Shown here: one piece after another, positions 9,977 through 20,700 of the stretch
Layout: each line of letters opens with the position of its first letter
How positions within the stretch are numbered: position 1 is the first letter of the stretch
Origin: Candidatus Omnitrophota bacterium
GTDB lineage: Bacteria; Omnitrophota; Gorgyraeia; Zapsychrales; Zapsychraceae
Direction: 5' to 3'
DNA: 64,000 nt
Assembly (NCBI GenBank): GCA_021108075.1
Contig: JAIORP010000012.1
Coordinates: 6,539-70,538 of the forward strand
The notes under the pieces: generated by a model
Told to the model about the DNA's origin: nothing
What the model saw: the letters and a program-made list of their open reading frames with translations, nothing else
Databases searched by the model: none
Position numbers and translations under genes: made by a program

Positions 9977-11719
9977 ATGGGAGCAAATCAAATGAAAATA
10001 ATTCTGATTAAAGATACAGGACCAACTGAGAAGACGAAGATCATTTATGATCTTTTCAACGCCTTGTTGCGCGATGCCGGTATGCATGCAGATTACCAGG
10101 TTGTGCGCGCGGCGGATATCGGTATTTACGGGAAAGGCGTGGTTGTCAAGATTTTTCCAGGCGATATTGTTTATCAAAACGTCCAGGAAGATGATGTTAA
10201 CAATATTATTGATACAACATTAAAGCAAAATAAACCGATTAAAGATTTGCGGCTTGATTTTCAAAACAAACAAATTCGTATCGTCTTAAGGAATTGTGGT
10301 GTCATTGATCCGGAGAAGATTGATGATTACATCGGGCAAGACGGTTATCAGGGCATAAAGAAGGTTCTTCAGAAGTTTGATCCTGAAAAAGTCATTGACG
10401 AAATGAAAACGAGTGGACTCCGCGGCCGGGGAGGCGGTGGTTTTCCCACCTGGATGAAATGGAATTTCGCCCGGGGCGTCGAAATGGACCAAAAGTACAT
10501 TATCTGTAATGCCGACGAAGGTGATCCAGGCGCTTACATGGACCGTAGCGTTTTAGAAGGCGATCCCCATTCCGTATTGGAAGGGATGATGATCGCTGGA
10601 TACACGGTCGGCGCGTCGAAAGGTTACCTGTATATCCGCGCTGAATATCCTCTGGCGATAGAACGGTGTCAAAAAGCGATTGACCAGGCCCGCGTGTATG
10701 GTTTCCTGGGGGAAAATATTTTAGGGTGCGGCTTTAATTTTGATTTAGATATACGTTTAGGGGCCGGTGCTTTTGTTTGCGGCGAGGAGACGGCTTTGAT
10801 CGCGTCCATTGAAGGAAAACGCGGCTGTCCACAGCCCAGACCGCCGTACCCGTCGATAAAAGGATTGTGGGGAAAGCCGACGGTTATTAATAACGTTGAG
10901 ACATTAGCCAATGTGCCGGTTATCTTGCATAAAGGAGGGGCCTGGTTTTCTAAGATCGGAAGCGAGACATCAAAGGGCACAAAAGTTTTTGCCTTAACAG
11001 GGAAAGTTCAGAATTCCAGTCTGATCGAAGTTCCGATGGGGATCACCTTACGCGAAATCGTTTTTGATATCGGCGGTGGAGTTTTGGATAATAAAAAGAT
11101 CAAGGCGATTCAGACGGGCGGACCTTCCGGCGGCGTGGTCCCGGAGGACCTGTTTGACACCCCTGTCGATTATGAGAACTTGCTTAAATTAGGATCGATT
11201 ATGGGATCCGGTGGAATGATTGTTATGGACGAAGATGATTGTATGATCGATATTTCAAAATTTTATTTAGGTTTTTGCGTCGAGGAATCCTGCGGGAAAT
11301 GCGCTCCTTGCCGGATAGGCGGAACACAGCTGTTGAACATCCTCACAGATATTTCCGAAGGCAAAGCCACGATGTCAGACCTGGACCGCTTAACGAAAAT
11401 TTCTTCCGCGATGCAGAAGGCTTCTTTGTGCGGATTGGGGCAATCAGCGGCGAACCCTGTTCTGTCAACATTGAAATTTTTTAAAAAAGAATACCACGGA
11501 CATATCGTTGAAAAGACATGTCAGGCGGGCAAGTGTTCAGGCCTGTTTAAATATGAGATTATCCAGAAAAAATGTAAGCGTTGCGGCTTGTGTCAACGGA
11601 ACTGTCCTGTTGGCGCCATCCCGGGAGATAAAGATAAAGGCTATTTAATCGAACAAGAGAAATGTATCCGTTGTGGCCGGTGCTTTGATGTTTGTAAATT
11701 TGAGGCTGTTGCCAGGTAG
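9977..11719 (+). CDS. hndC: NAD(P)H-binding NuoF-like subunit of [FeFe]-hydrogenase (HndC/HydB)
   Basis: GLRGRGGGGFPTWMKW FMN/NADH motifs, ICNADEGDPGAYMDR, ESCGKCAPCRIGG, and two C-terminal 4Fe-4S ferredoxin motifs (CKRCGLCQRNCP, CIRCGRCFDVC). Confidence 0.9.
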   Translation: MGANQMKIILIKDTGPTEKTKIIYDLFNALLRDAGMHADYQVVRAADIGIYGKGVVVKIFPGDIVYQNVQEDDVNNIIDTTLKQNKPIKDLRLDFQNKQIRIVLRNCGVIDPEKIDDYIGQDGYQGIKKVLQKFDPEKVIDEMKTSGLRGRGGGGFPTWMKWNFARGVEMDQKYIICNADEGDPGAYMDRSVLEGDPHSVLEGMMIAGYTVGASKGYLYIRAEYPLAIERCQKAIDQARVYGFLGENILGCGFNFDLDIRLGAGAFVCGEETALIASIEGKRGCPQPRPPYPSIKGLWGKPTVINNVETLANVPVILHKGGAWFSKIGSETSKGTKVFALTGKVQNSSLIEVPMGITLREIVFDIGGGVLDNKKIKAIQTGGPSGGVVPEDLFDTPVDYENLLKLGSIMGSGGMIVMDEDDCMIDISKFYLGFCVEESCGKCAPCRIGGTQLLNILTDISEGKATMSDLDRLTKISSAMQKASLCGLGQSAANPVLSTLKFFKKEYHGHIVEKTCQAGKCSGLFKYEIIQKKCKRCGLCQRNCPVGAIPGDKDKGYLIEQEKCIRCGRCFDVCKFEAVAR

Positions 11720-11832
11720 GACCGGGGAGCTGATTATTAACGCGGATTGTCAGGGAACCATTGCTGAATACCATTCGCCATTTAAAAGATATTAAATGTA
11801 TTGTTGTTTATATTTATTGAGGAGGAATAGAA

Positions 11833-13578
11833 ATGATAAAAGCGCGTATTAACGGTATTACCGTTGAAGTCGAGAAAGGGACGACCATCCTTGACGCGGC
11901 CAGGACGGTTCAGATAGAGATACCGACATTATGTAAACACCAGGATTTACCGGCTTCCGCCGCCTGCGGTATTTGTATTGTTAAAGTGCGGGGCTCACGG
12001 AAAATGTTACGGGCCTGCTGTACGCCGATAGAAGACGGTCAGGAGGTTATTACCCATGATCCTGAAATCATTGAAACACGCCGCACGGTGGTTGAACTGA
12101 TTTTATCCAATCATCCCAATGATTGTTTGAAATGCGGTCGCAACAATAACTGCGAATTGCAGACGCTGGCGTCGGACTTTGCCATACGCGAAGATGTTTT
12201 TAAAAATATTGTCCGCGAAATACCAAAAGACAGTACGACCGGCACCATTGTTTTAGAACCGTCAAAATGCATCAAGTGTGGCCGTTGTGTTGAGGTGTGT
12301 CAGGGGATGCAGGACGTTTGGGCGTTGTCGTTTATTGACCGGGGGGTTGAGACGCGTATTTCTCCAGCCGGGGATATCCAATTGGGTGAATCACCCTGTG
12401 TTCGCTGTGGTCAATGTTCGGCCCATTGTCCGACGGGCGCGATTTTTGAGAAAGATGATACAATCAAAGTTTGGCGGGCATTGCAAGACGCGGATAAATA
12501 TTGTGTTGTTCAGATCGCGCCGTCCGTCCGTGTCGCTGTCGGCGAAGGATTTGGCTATGAACCGGGTACAAACTTGACCGGGAAGATTTATTCGATGTTG
12601 CGCCGGCTGGGTTTTAAAGCGGTCTTTGACACGAACTTCAGCGCTGACGTGACCATTATGGAAGAAGCCAGTGAGTTTGTCGAACGGTTTGTTCATAATA
12701 AAGGGCCCTTGCCACTCATCACGACGTGCTGCCCGGCCTGGGTTGATTTCATGGAAAAGTATGAAGCCGATATGATTGAACATTTTTCTTCCGCCAAATC
12801 ACCCCAACAGATGTTAAGCGTTTTAGCCAAGACCTATTATGCGGAAAAGATCGGAGTTGATCCTTCGAAGATTTACATGGTTTCGATCATGCCGTGCACC
12901 GCCAAGAAATATGAAATTACACGGAGTGAAGAGATGTTTATCGATGGCCGTCAAAACACGGATGTTGTTTTGACCACGCGTGAGTTTATCCGTATGATCA
13001 AACAGGCCGGAATCAATTTTAATGGGCTCAAAGATGAAGCTCCGGACCATATCCTCGGAGACTATTCCGGCGCGGGTGTTATTTTCGGCGCCACAGGTGG
13101 GGTCATGGAGGCCGCCTTAAGAACGGCGTATTATCTTGTGACCAATAAAAACCTCGACAAGTTTGAATTTGAAAATGTGCGGGGATTAAAGGGCGTGAAA
13201 GAAACGTCCATAACGATTGAAGGCACGGAAGTCAAGATCGCGATCGCGCATGGTTTAGGAAACGTCGAGTATGTGATCAATAAAGTCAAGGAAGCCAGGG
13301 CCAATAATCAACCTTTGCCTTATCACTTTATCGAGGTCATGGCCTGTCCAGGCGGGTGTGTCGGCGGCGGTGGGCAGCCTTACGGCGTCTCCGATGATGT
13401 GCGCATGAAAAGGGCTAAAGGTTTATACTCCGATGACGAAGGCAATGCCGTCCGCTGCAGTCATGATAATCCGTATGTTAAGAAATTGTATGAGGAATAT
13501 CTGGAAAAGCCCCTTAGTGAAAAAGCGCATCACCTGTTACATACAAAGTATATTCCTAAACCGGAATACCGGAAGTAA
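11833..13578 (+). CDS. hydA: [FeFe]-hydrogenase catalytic subunit (HndD/HydA)
   Basis: H-cluster signatures TTCCPAW (L1), MPCTAKKYE (L2), EVMACPGGCVGGGGQP (L3); N-terminal 2Fe-2S and accessory 4Fe-4S cysteine motifs. Confidence 0.93.
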   Translation: MIKARINGITVEVEKGTTILDAARTVQIEIPTLCKHQDLPASAACGICIVKVRGSRKMLRACCTPIEDGQEVITHDPEIIETRRTVVELILSNHPNDCLKCGRNNNCELQTLASDFAIREDVFKNIVREIPKDSTTGTIVLEPSKCIKCGRCVEVCQGMQDVWALSFIDRGVETRISPAGDIQLGESPCVRCGQCSAHCPTGAIFEKDDTIKVWRALQDADKYCVVQIAPSVRVAVGEGFGYEPGTNLTGKIYSMLRRLGFKAVFDTNFSADVTIMEEASEFVERFVHNKGPLPLITTCCPAWVDFMEKYEADMIEHFSSAKSPQQMLSVLAKTYYAEKIGVDPSKIYMVSIMPCTAKKYEITRSEEMFIDGRQNTDVVLTTREFIRMIKQAGINFNGLKDEAPDHILGDYSGAGVIFGATGGVMEAALRTAYYLVTNKNLDKFEFENVRGLKGVKETSITIEGTEVKIAIAHGLGNVEYVINKVKEARANNQPLPYHFIEVMACPGGCVGGGGQPYGVSDDVRMKRAKGLYSDDEGNAVRCSHDNPYVKKLYEEYLEKPLSEKAHHLLHTKYIPKPEYRK

Positions 13579-13803
13579 TATAAGAGGGAAAAAGGTGGAG
13601 AATAGCGGTATAATTTAAGCCATAAGTTGTTGTTTTATTCTGGATAATAATAAAGTATCCGGGAGCTCTTCAAATATTGAGAAGTTGGGTTAAATCCGGT
13701 AATATGTTAGTATTTCGAAAAATAGGCCAGACGTTTTTTGTTTTATTCGTATCACCATATTTTTATTTTACCTTTTACCGTTAACCTTTTTACTTTAGAA
13801 ATT

Positions 13804-14148
13804 ATGCACGAAATGTCGATCGTAACAGTTTTGATTGATCAAGTTATTGATATCGCTCAGCGGAACCGGCTGAAAGATGTTCAGGTCGTTGTGCTCGTGG
13901 CCGGACAGTTGCGTCAGGTCGTACCGGAAATGATGCAGGAAGCTTTTAAAGCGGTTATTCCTGGCACGATTGTTGAAGGCGCTGTTTTGCGGGTTGAAGC
14001 GGAAGCGGCCCTTGTCCGTTGTCGTGCTTGCCAGGCGGAGTACCAGCCGGACGTGGATGATTTTATTTGTCGGTCGTGCCAAAAGGCGGATGTCGAGATT
14101 TTGCGAGGGAATGATATTATATTAAAAACGATAGAAGGGAACAAATAG
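13804..14148 (+). CDS. hypA: Hydrogenase nickel-incorporation protein HypA
   Basis: Starts MHEMSI; zinc-ribbon CRAC...CRSC; ~114 aa. The real start is internal to the track ORF 13738..14148. Confidence 0.8.
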   Translation: MHEMSIVTVLIDQVIDIAQRNRLKDVQVVVLVAGQLRQVVPEMMQEAFKAVIPGTIVEGAVLRVEAEAALVRCRACQAEYQPDVDDFICRSCQKADVEILRGNDIILKTIEGNK

Positions 14149-14161
14149 CCGCCGGGTGATT

Positions 14162-14266
14162 ATACCAATGCCATTAAATAATGACAAAAAACCGATTCTG
14201 TTTTTCTCGACGCTAAGGCAAGAATATCAGAATTGAAATAGAATAATTAATGAATGGATTTGGTAT
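14162..14266 (+). repeat. MITE-like element, copy b (reference copy, intact TIRs)
   Basis: ATACCAATGCCATTAAATAATGAC...CTCGACGCTAAGGCAAGAATATCAGAATTGAAATAGAATAATTAATGAATGGATTTGGTAT, between hypA and hypB. Confidence 0.75.
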
Positions 14267-14293
14267 GAGTTTAAATATCGGGGAGGGGTTTTG

Positions 14294-14971
14294 ATGAAAG
14301 TGAATGTGGTAAAAAATGTTTTAAGGGCCAATGATATTGTCGCGCAGGAAAACAGATCGGTTTTTAAAGATAAAGGTGTTTTGGCCTTGAATTTGATCAG
14401 CTCCCCGGGCAGCGGGAAGACGACGTTATTAGAAAAGACATTGCCCGTGTTGAGTCCTGATAAATCGATTGTTTTAGTCGGTGATCTGGAAACCACCCGT
14501 GATGCCGAACGCGTCGCTCCACACGCCCTGAATGCCACCCAGATCAACACCGGCCTGAGCTGCCATCTTTACGCGAATCAGATCGCTCAAAGTTTGTCAG
14601 CTTTACCCCTTGATGACGCCCAATATTTGTTCATTGAGAACGTTGGCAATATGGTCTGCCCGGGAGAGTTTGATCTTGGTGAAAATTTGAAGATTATTTT
14701 GTTGAGCGTTCCGGAAGGGGATGATAAGGTCGCCAAATATCCCACGATTTTTCGTGTCGCGGACCTTATTTTGCTCACCAAATGCGAGTTGCTCGATATT
14801 TTGCCTTTTGATGTCCAACGTGTCAAAGAGGATTTAGCGAAACTCAATTCCAACACAACATTATTGCCGTTTTCATCCTTTAAAGGGGATGGCATGGATG
14901 TCTGGATCGACTGGCTGAAACAAAAGCGTCAAGAAAGCATCGGCGCCCAAGCGAAATTTGTGACGGAATAA
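14294..14971 (+). CDS. hypB: Hydrogenase maturation GTPase HypB
   Basis: P-loop GSGKTTLLEKT and HypB-family G-domain layout; GGGAGGGG Shine-Dalgarno 6 nt upstream of ATG 14294. Confidence 0.85.
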   Translation: MKVNVVKNVLRANDIVAQENRSVFKDKGVLALNLISSPGSGKTTLLEKTLPVLSPDKSIVLVGDLETTRDAERVAPHALNATQINTGLSCHLYANQIAQSLSALPLDDAQYLFIENVGNMVCPGEFDLGENLKIILLSVPEGDDKVAKYPTIFRVADLILLTKCELLDILPFDVQRVKEDLAKLNSNTTLLPFSSFKGDGMDVWIDWLKQKRQESIGAQAKFVTE

Positions 14972-15241
14972 AAAAAGTACCAACCGTCCCTACTTTTTTT
15001 ACAATGGATGATTAATAATATTTTCTTCTGGATTAGTTCTAAGTTTAACGGTATTCTTACTCATAAGGTATTCTTTTGATTTCGCGTGCGTTAACACACG
15101 GGTTTTATGGGTTCCTTTTTGAAAGGATACTCTTTTTTTTATTTTTATTTAAGCTCAAAATCACAACATTCAAGTATATCCCATATGTTATACGCGGTAG
15201 AAACCGTAATAGAAACATAAGAAAAGCAAAGGAGAAACAGC

Positions 15242-17200
15242 ATGTTTTCATTCAAAGATTTAAGTGTAAGGGCGAAAGTTTTATCAGCTGTGGGAAGTGT
15301 GTTGTTGATTTTGTTTTTTCTTGGCGCGCTGGCAATTACGAATTTTAACGCGATAAAGACAGAGATTGACGGACTTTTGCTCGCATCAGATATTCAGACA
15401 AACGCGTTTAGAATGAGGATGGAAGAGAAAAATTATCTTTTGCATCATAAGGATGAAAATTATAAAAAGGCAAAAGAAGATTTAAAGCATATTCATAAAG
15501 ATCTGGATACGATCAATGAAACATCAAAAGATAAAGGTCTTCTTGACCATGCGCGTAAAATGGGAGAAGAGGTTGAAAAATATGAAACTCTCTTTAGCCA
15601 GTTAGTGGAAGACAAAAGAAAAGAACTTCATGATGAAGAACTTATGAATAAAGAAGGAAGAAAGGTGGCAGATCTCTTTAGAGCATATTTTTCAGGGCAG
15701 GCGGCTGACATGAAAAAAGCGGTGGCAAGCGGTAATATCGAAGAGATTAAAATAAAAGAGTCACGTTATGCTAACGCGGTAAAAGGATTCAACTTAATCT
15801 CAAGTATTCGTCTCAGACAGAGAGAATATATAGTAGACCATGAGAAAGAGATATATGAAAGAATGAAAAAAGAATTAAAAGAACTTTTGGCCCTGTATGA
15901 TGAGATGCATGGGTATACAAGGCAGGAGAAAAATAAGAAGGCAATCCTTGGGGCTAAAAAGGTTACACTCGCGTATGTAAAGGAAATGGAAGAATGGGTG
16001 AAACTGGACCATGAGATCAGAGTAGAAATTTTGCCTGAGATGAGGGCATTAGGAAATGATGTTATTCATGTTGCTCAGGAATCTAACGATCACGCGGTGC
16101 ATTTAATGGTTTCAAAACAGAAGGAAGCCAAAAGCATTATTACCATAGGGTTGATTGTCGCGATATTAATAGGTGTGTTCCTTGGGTTTATGATAGGAAA
16201 TATGGTTTCGGGAGCTATTAAAAAAGTGGTTGATATGCTTAAAGATATTGCCGAAGGTGAAGGGGATTTAACCAAAAGGATACCGGTTGATTCAAAAGAT
16301 GAAACCGGCCAGCTTGCCCAGTGGTTTAATACCTTTATCGGTCAGGTTGAAGGCATTATTGGTCAGGTTGCAGACTCGGCGAATCAGCTTTCTGCCGCGA
16401 CAGAGGAGATATCATTGTCGGCACAGCAGATTTCAGACGGCGCGCAACAGCAATCATCAAGTTTTGAAGAATTATCCAGTTCTGTTCAATCTACCGCGGA
16501 AAATTCTATATTGGCAAATAAGATATCAAAAGAAGCTGAACAAAAAGCACATATAGCAGAGGAAGCTATGGGAAGCACCGTTGAGGCAATGACATCTATT
16601 GAAAAAGGCGCGGGACAGATTGCTGAGGCTGTCAGCTTGATCACTGATATCGCTGATCAAACCAACCTTTTGGCTCTTAATGCTGCGATTGAAGCGGCAC
16701 GCGCGGGTGAGCATGGAAAAGGGTTTGCTGTTGTCGCGGATGAAGTAAGGCGACTCGCGGAACGATCGGCTATCTCCGCGAAAGACATAGAAACTTTAAT
16801 AAAAGGTAGTTTAAAAGAAGTTGAAGATGGGGTGAAAGTTTCCCAAAAATCAGGTTCTGATGTCAAAGAAGTTGTTGGGAATATTAATACGATAGCGGGG
16901 CGACTGCAAGAAATTTCAAGTTCCACTCAAGAGCAGGCATCTGCAATGGAAGAAAACACTTCTATTGTTGAATCCAATGCTGCTGCTTCAGAAGAACTTG
17001 CAGCATCCGCGGAAGAGATGGCAGGGCAGGCAGAGGCGCTGCAGAATCTTGTTGCGCAGTTTAAGATAAGTGAAAGGGTGAATGCCTCGGGAATGGAAGC
17101 AACTGGCGTGAAGAAAGAGACGCCTAAGGTCCAAGCAGAAATTCCAAGAAAGGATAAAGATAGAGATAGAGATGAAGATGAAGAGTTAAGAATAGGCTGA
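15242..17200 (+). CDS. Methyl-accepting chemotaxis protein
   Basis: N-terminal TM/sensor region, HAMP, and conserved MCP signalling hairpin ([33 protein letters not shown]); AAGGAG RBS upstream. Confidence 0.9.
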   Translation: MFSFKDLSVRAKVLSAVGSVLLILFFLGALAITNFNAIKTEIDGLLLASDIQTNAFRMRMEEKNYLLHHKDENYKKAKEDLKHIHKDLDTINETSKDKGLLDHARKMGEEVEKYETLFSQLVEDKRKELHDEELMNKEGRKVADLFRAYFSGQAADMKKAVASGNIEEIKIKESRYANAVKGFNLISSIRLRQREYIVDHEKEIYERMKKELKELLALYDEMHGYTRQEKNKKAILGAKKVTLAYVKEMEEWVKLDHEIRVEILPEMRALGNDVIHVAQESNDHAVHLMVSKQKEAKSIITIGLIVAILIGVFLGFMIGNMVSGAIKKVVDMLKDIAEGEGDLTKRIPVDSKDETGQLAQWFNTFIGQVEGIIGQVADSANQLSAATEEISLSAQQISDGAQQQSSSFEELSSSVQSTAENSILANKISKEAEQKAHIAEEAMGSTVEAMTSIEKGAGQIAEAVSLITDIADQTNLLALNAAIEAARAGEHGKGFAVVADEVRRLAERSAISAKDIETLIKGSLKEVEDGVKVSQKSGSDVKEVVGNINTIAGRLQEISSSTQEQASAMEENTSIVESNAAASEELAASAEEMAGQAEALQNLVAQFKISERVNASGMEATGVKKETPKVQAEIPRKDKDRDRDEDEELRIG

Positions 17201-17321
17201 AATATTATAGAGTAGGAGGGGATCAAAGAATATTTTTTGATCCCCTGGAAGAAAGATGCTAGCCTGTGAATGAATTTGAAAACGTCAAAAAATCCACTTG
17301 AGAAAAAAGTAAATTCTAATT

Positions 17322-17375
17322 ATATGAGGGGTCGGGGAGCTTTTCCGACCCCTCATATATATTTTAAAATTTTCA
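17322..17375 (+). terminator. Rho-independent terminator after the MCP gene
   Basis: Perfect 14-bp stem ATATGAGGGGTCGG/CCGACCCCTCATAT with an 11-nt loop, followed by a T-rich tract (ATATTTTAAAATTTTC). Confidence 0.75.
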
Positions 17376-17710
17376 GTTTTCCTCCAAAGAGAATGTCGGG
17401 ATTGTTTATCGCGACCCCATCAAGTATAGCTCCGCAACTCCAATGCCTGTGAAAGTGGGATGAGAGTTAAATCCAGAAACGAAGATTAGCGCCAATAGCG
17501 CTTGTAATAGTAAGTCCCCCGGGTGTGAACCCGTGGGAAGCTATTTTTCAGGCTCATTTTGCAGTAGAAAAGACTCTATTTTGATATATAATAATATATG
17601 TTGTATACTTATTTAGTTAAGTATTAATTTTCTTTATATTATGGCATTCATTGCAAGATGAGTTGCCATCCCTAATTCTACCATCGAATTTTTAACCGTT
17701 GATTATTTTT

Positions 17711-20700
17711 ATGCCGTCAAAATCTATGTCTTACAAATTGTTTTGCCTCTTTTTGATCCTCGCGCTCGGTGTTCATATGATCATGCCTGCCACGGGTTTT
17801 GCGCAAGGGATGATATCTTTGCCCATACCAGGTGAAATGGTGAGGGTCAGCCCGGTCTTTGATCCCATGATGATCCGGGGCGTGATGGTCAGTCCGGATA
17901 ACCCCTTTGAACTGAAATTTTTAATGGATAGCGGTGACGCGATCCTGGCTGATGAAGCCCTTAAGAAGGAGGGGCAGGGATTAATCAAGTATTTTTTGGC
18001 TACATTAACGACTCCGGATGAGGATCTGTGGGTTAATCTTTCTCCTTATGAAAACGACCGTATCATGGCCAATGAATTCGGTCAGACCGAAATGGGCCGG
18101 GATATGTTGGCCCAGGATTACTTGTTGAAGCAATTGACCGCCTCTTTAATGTATCCGGAAGAAGAACTGGGTAGACGGTTTTGGGAACGTGTTTACGAAG
18201 AAGCGTACAAACGCTTCCGCACGACGAATATTTTAGTCAACACGTTTAATAAGGTATGGATCATTCCTGAGTACGCGGATGTGTATGAAAAAGACGGTGT
18301 GGCGTATATTCTTGACTGCCGGCTAAAGGTTATGTTGGAGGAAGATTATATCGCCTCCCAGCAAGTGTTGGGTAATGCTGCTTGGGCCCGTAAGCTTGGC
18401 GTGGCTGACTTGACGGAAGAAGATAAAGCGAATTTGTTCGCCTCACAGAGCGATCCTTTAAAAGCCATCCTTAAGGAAATCATTGTTCCTGAAATTGAAC
18501 GGGAAGTCAATGAAGGACGAAATTTTGGACAGCTTCGTCAGATATTCTACTCGATGATTTTAGCGACATGGTACAAAGAGCGCCTGAAAAATTCCATCCT
18601 CAATCATGTCTACTCGAATCAAAAAAAAATAAACGGCATTGATGTCGAGGACAAAGACATTAAAGAAAAGATCTACCAACAGTATATCACCGCCTTTAAA
18701 CGTGGTGTTTACAATTACATTAAAGAGCAGTATGATCCGCAAAAAGGCGAGGTCATCCCACGCAAATATTTTTCCGGCGGGGCGACGTGGATCAATATCA
18801 AGGATGTGACCCGTTACCACAAAGAACTTCCATCAAATTTCGATAAGGTTCCCCGGTCCGATTTTGCCATGCTGACCAGGTTAGATGATTCCGCCCAAGC
18901 GGCGCCGCGCGCGATGGACGCGGCGATGCTCGACACCTCAGGCCGTCAAAGAGCCCGCCAGGATGCTTTTGAAAAGCTTGTCCGTGACCGTTTTGAGTTT
19001 GATAACGTGATCGCTTCTTTTAATGATTTGCTCAAGGGAGCTAATCTTAAAGTTTATCCATCCCGCGCGGATCTCTATCAGTATGAAGGCGGTCTGGATA
19101 CCGGAAGTTACTTCTTTACAAAATTAGTCGGGTATGGCCTCGACGCTCAGAGGAAATACATCGCGTTAAGGCGCTTGATTGAGCAGGATCAGTTTTTAGA
19201 TTTTATAAGTGGAGAGGCAACCTTTTCTCGTGGTGACCTATTGCGGATATTGAAAAATAAAGAATTGGACGATGAACTGGACCTGATATTAAAAGATCAA
19301 GACAGTTATGATGATTTTATTTCGATGTTAGCAGACCGGGACTATATGGATATTCTTTTCAGTCACACAGGGACCGCTGAGATTTATATTGAAAATAACA
19401 AGTTGGTTGCTCAATTACCCAATACTCAGCTCGTCGATGTACTGGGATTTATTTCTTTTTCCCCTGAGGATCGAAATATTGAGTTCCTCCTGTCCGAGAA
19501 TTCCATGGCCCAGTTCCTTTTTGATATCCGCCGACAAGTGCTGCCATTGTTAGTTGAGGCCGCGCAGGAATATGGATGGGGATTCCGCTCTCCGCTTGAA
19601 GTTGAGCTTTCGGATGCTGTCAGGCCAATCGCAAATGTGATTTCAAGAGTCCGGGAGCAGGAATTAGAACGGTTTTTAGGCCAGGATACGTTTAGCCGCC
19701 GGGTCGAAGACTTAGAACATGGGGCTTTTCAAAATTTAAAGGATTTGTTCCAGGAAAGGAAGCAGCAGGGGCAGCCGGTAATGATTGGCATCAGCGGTTT
19801 ACCCGGAGGCGGGAAAACGCAGAAAGATAAACGTGTCGCGGCAGCGATAGCAGAAGTTGTTAAGGAAGATATTGTGATCATCGACGAAGACCGGTTTATA
19901 AAACAGCGGGCGCCCGTGGACACCCGGGGGGAAGGATTGGGAGGGAAATTTGACTGGTCTGCGCATGATCAGAGCCTTAAGGACTTGCGGGAAGGCCGCT
20001 CCGTAATGGCACAGATGTATGATCCTGTGACGGGGGGGAATCCGATGTTGGCCCTCACGGAGGCCGGAAACATCATTATTTTGAATGGAAACAGGACGAT
20101 AACCATTGTCGCTGATAAAGACCAGAATCTTTTTGACTTGATCGAAGAAGAGCATCAACCCGGTCAACCAGCGCAAGTGATCAGGCATCATTTTAAGACG
20201 GAGAACTTGACGCAGAGCGGTCCGTTTACATCAGGTTCAACGGTCTATCAATTTAAAATAGAGAACGGAAAGTTAATGGTCGGATTTCAGGGGTATGATG
20301 TCTTACGATTGGAAGAACAGAACGCGCCCCGCAACATCTTGGCCATGACACAATATGAAATTGATTTAACACGTGAAGACCTCGTCGCGCGGATCCAACT
20401 GTCGGGAGAACATAAACATCTCGAAGCGCAAAGTGTTTTTCCCCTGAACGTCGTGTCTGACCGGATGGATGTGAACGCTGTGAGTCGTGCTATTCTCTTA
20501 AAGGAAGTCATCCCGACGGACAAACCGATTGTGTTTTCAGGAACGCATGCCTATACCCAGTATAAAGATAATAAGTTCGTGTCGAATGATCAGATCTTTG
20601 ATGTGAGTCTGTATTATCAGACGCCATGGATTGTGCGCTGGACGCGTGATTGGTTAAGGAGCCAAGAACGAGGCAAGCAAAGAGGGGAACAGCTCGGGAA

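Noticed and set aside
6571-13050. Antisense ORFs within the histidine kinase, hndC and hydA (6571..6921, 10669..10980, 12278..12783)
   Set aside because: Overlapped entirely by well-supported sense genes with strong family motifs.
17270-17452. 60-aa ORF after the MCP gene
   Set aside because: It spans the rho-independent terminator hairpin and has no RBS; non-coding.
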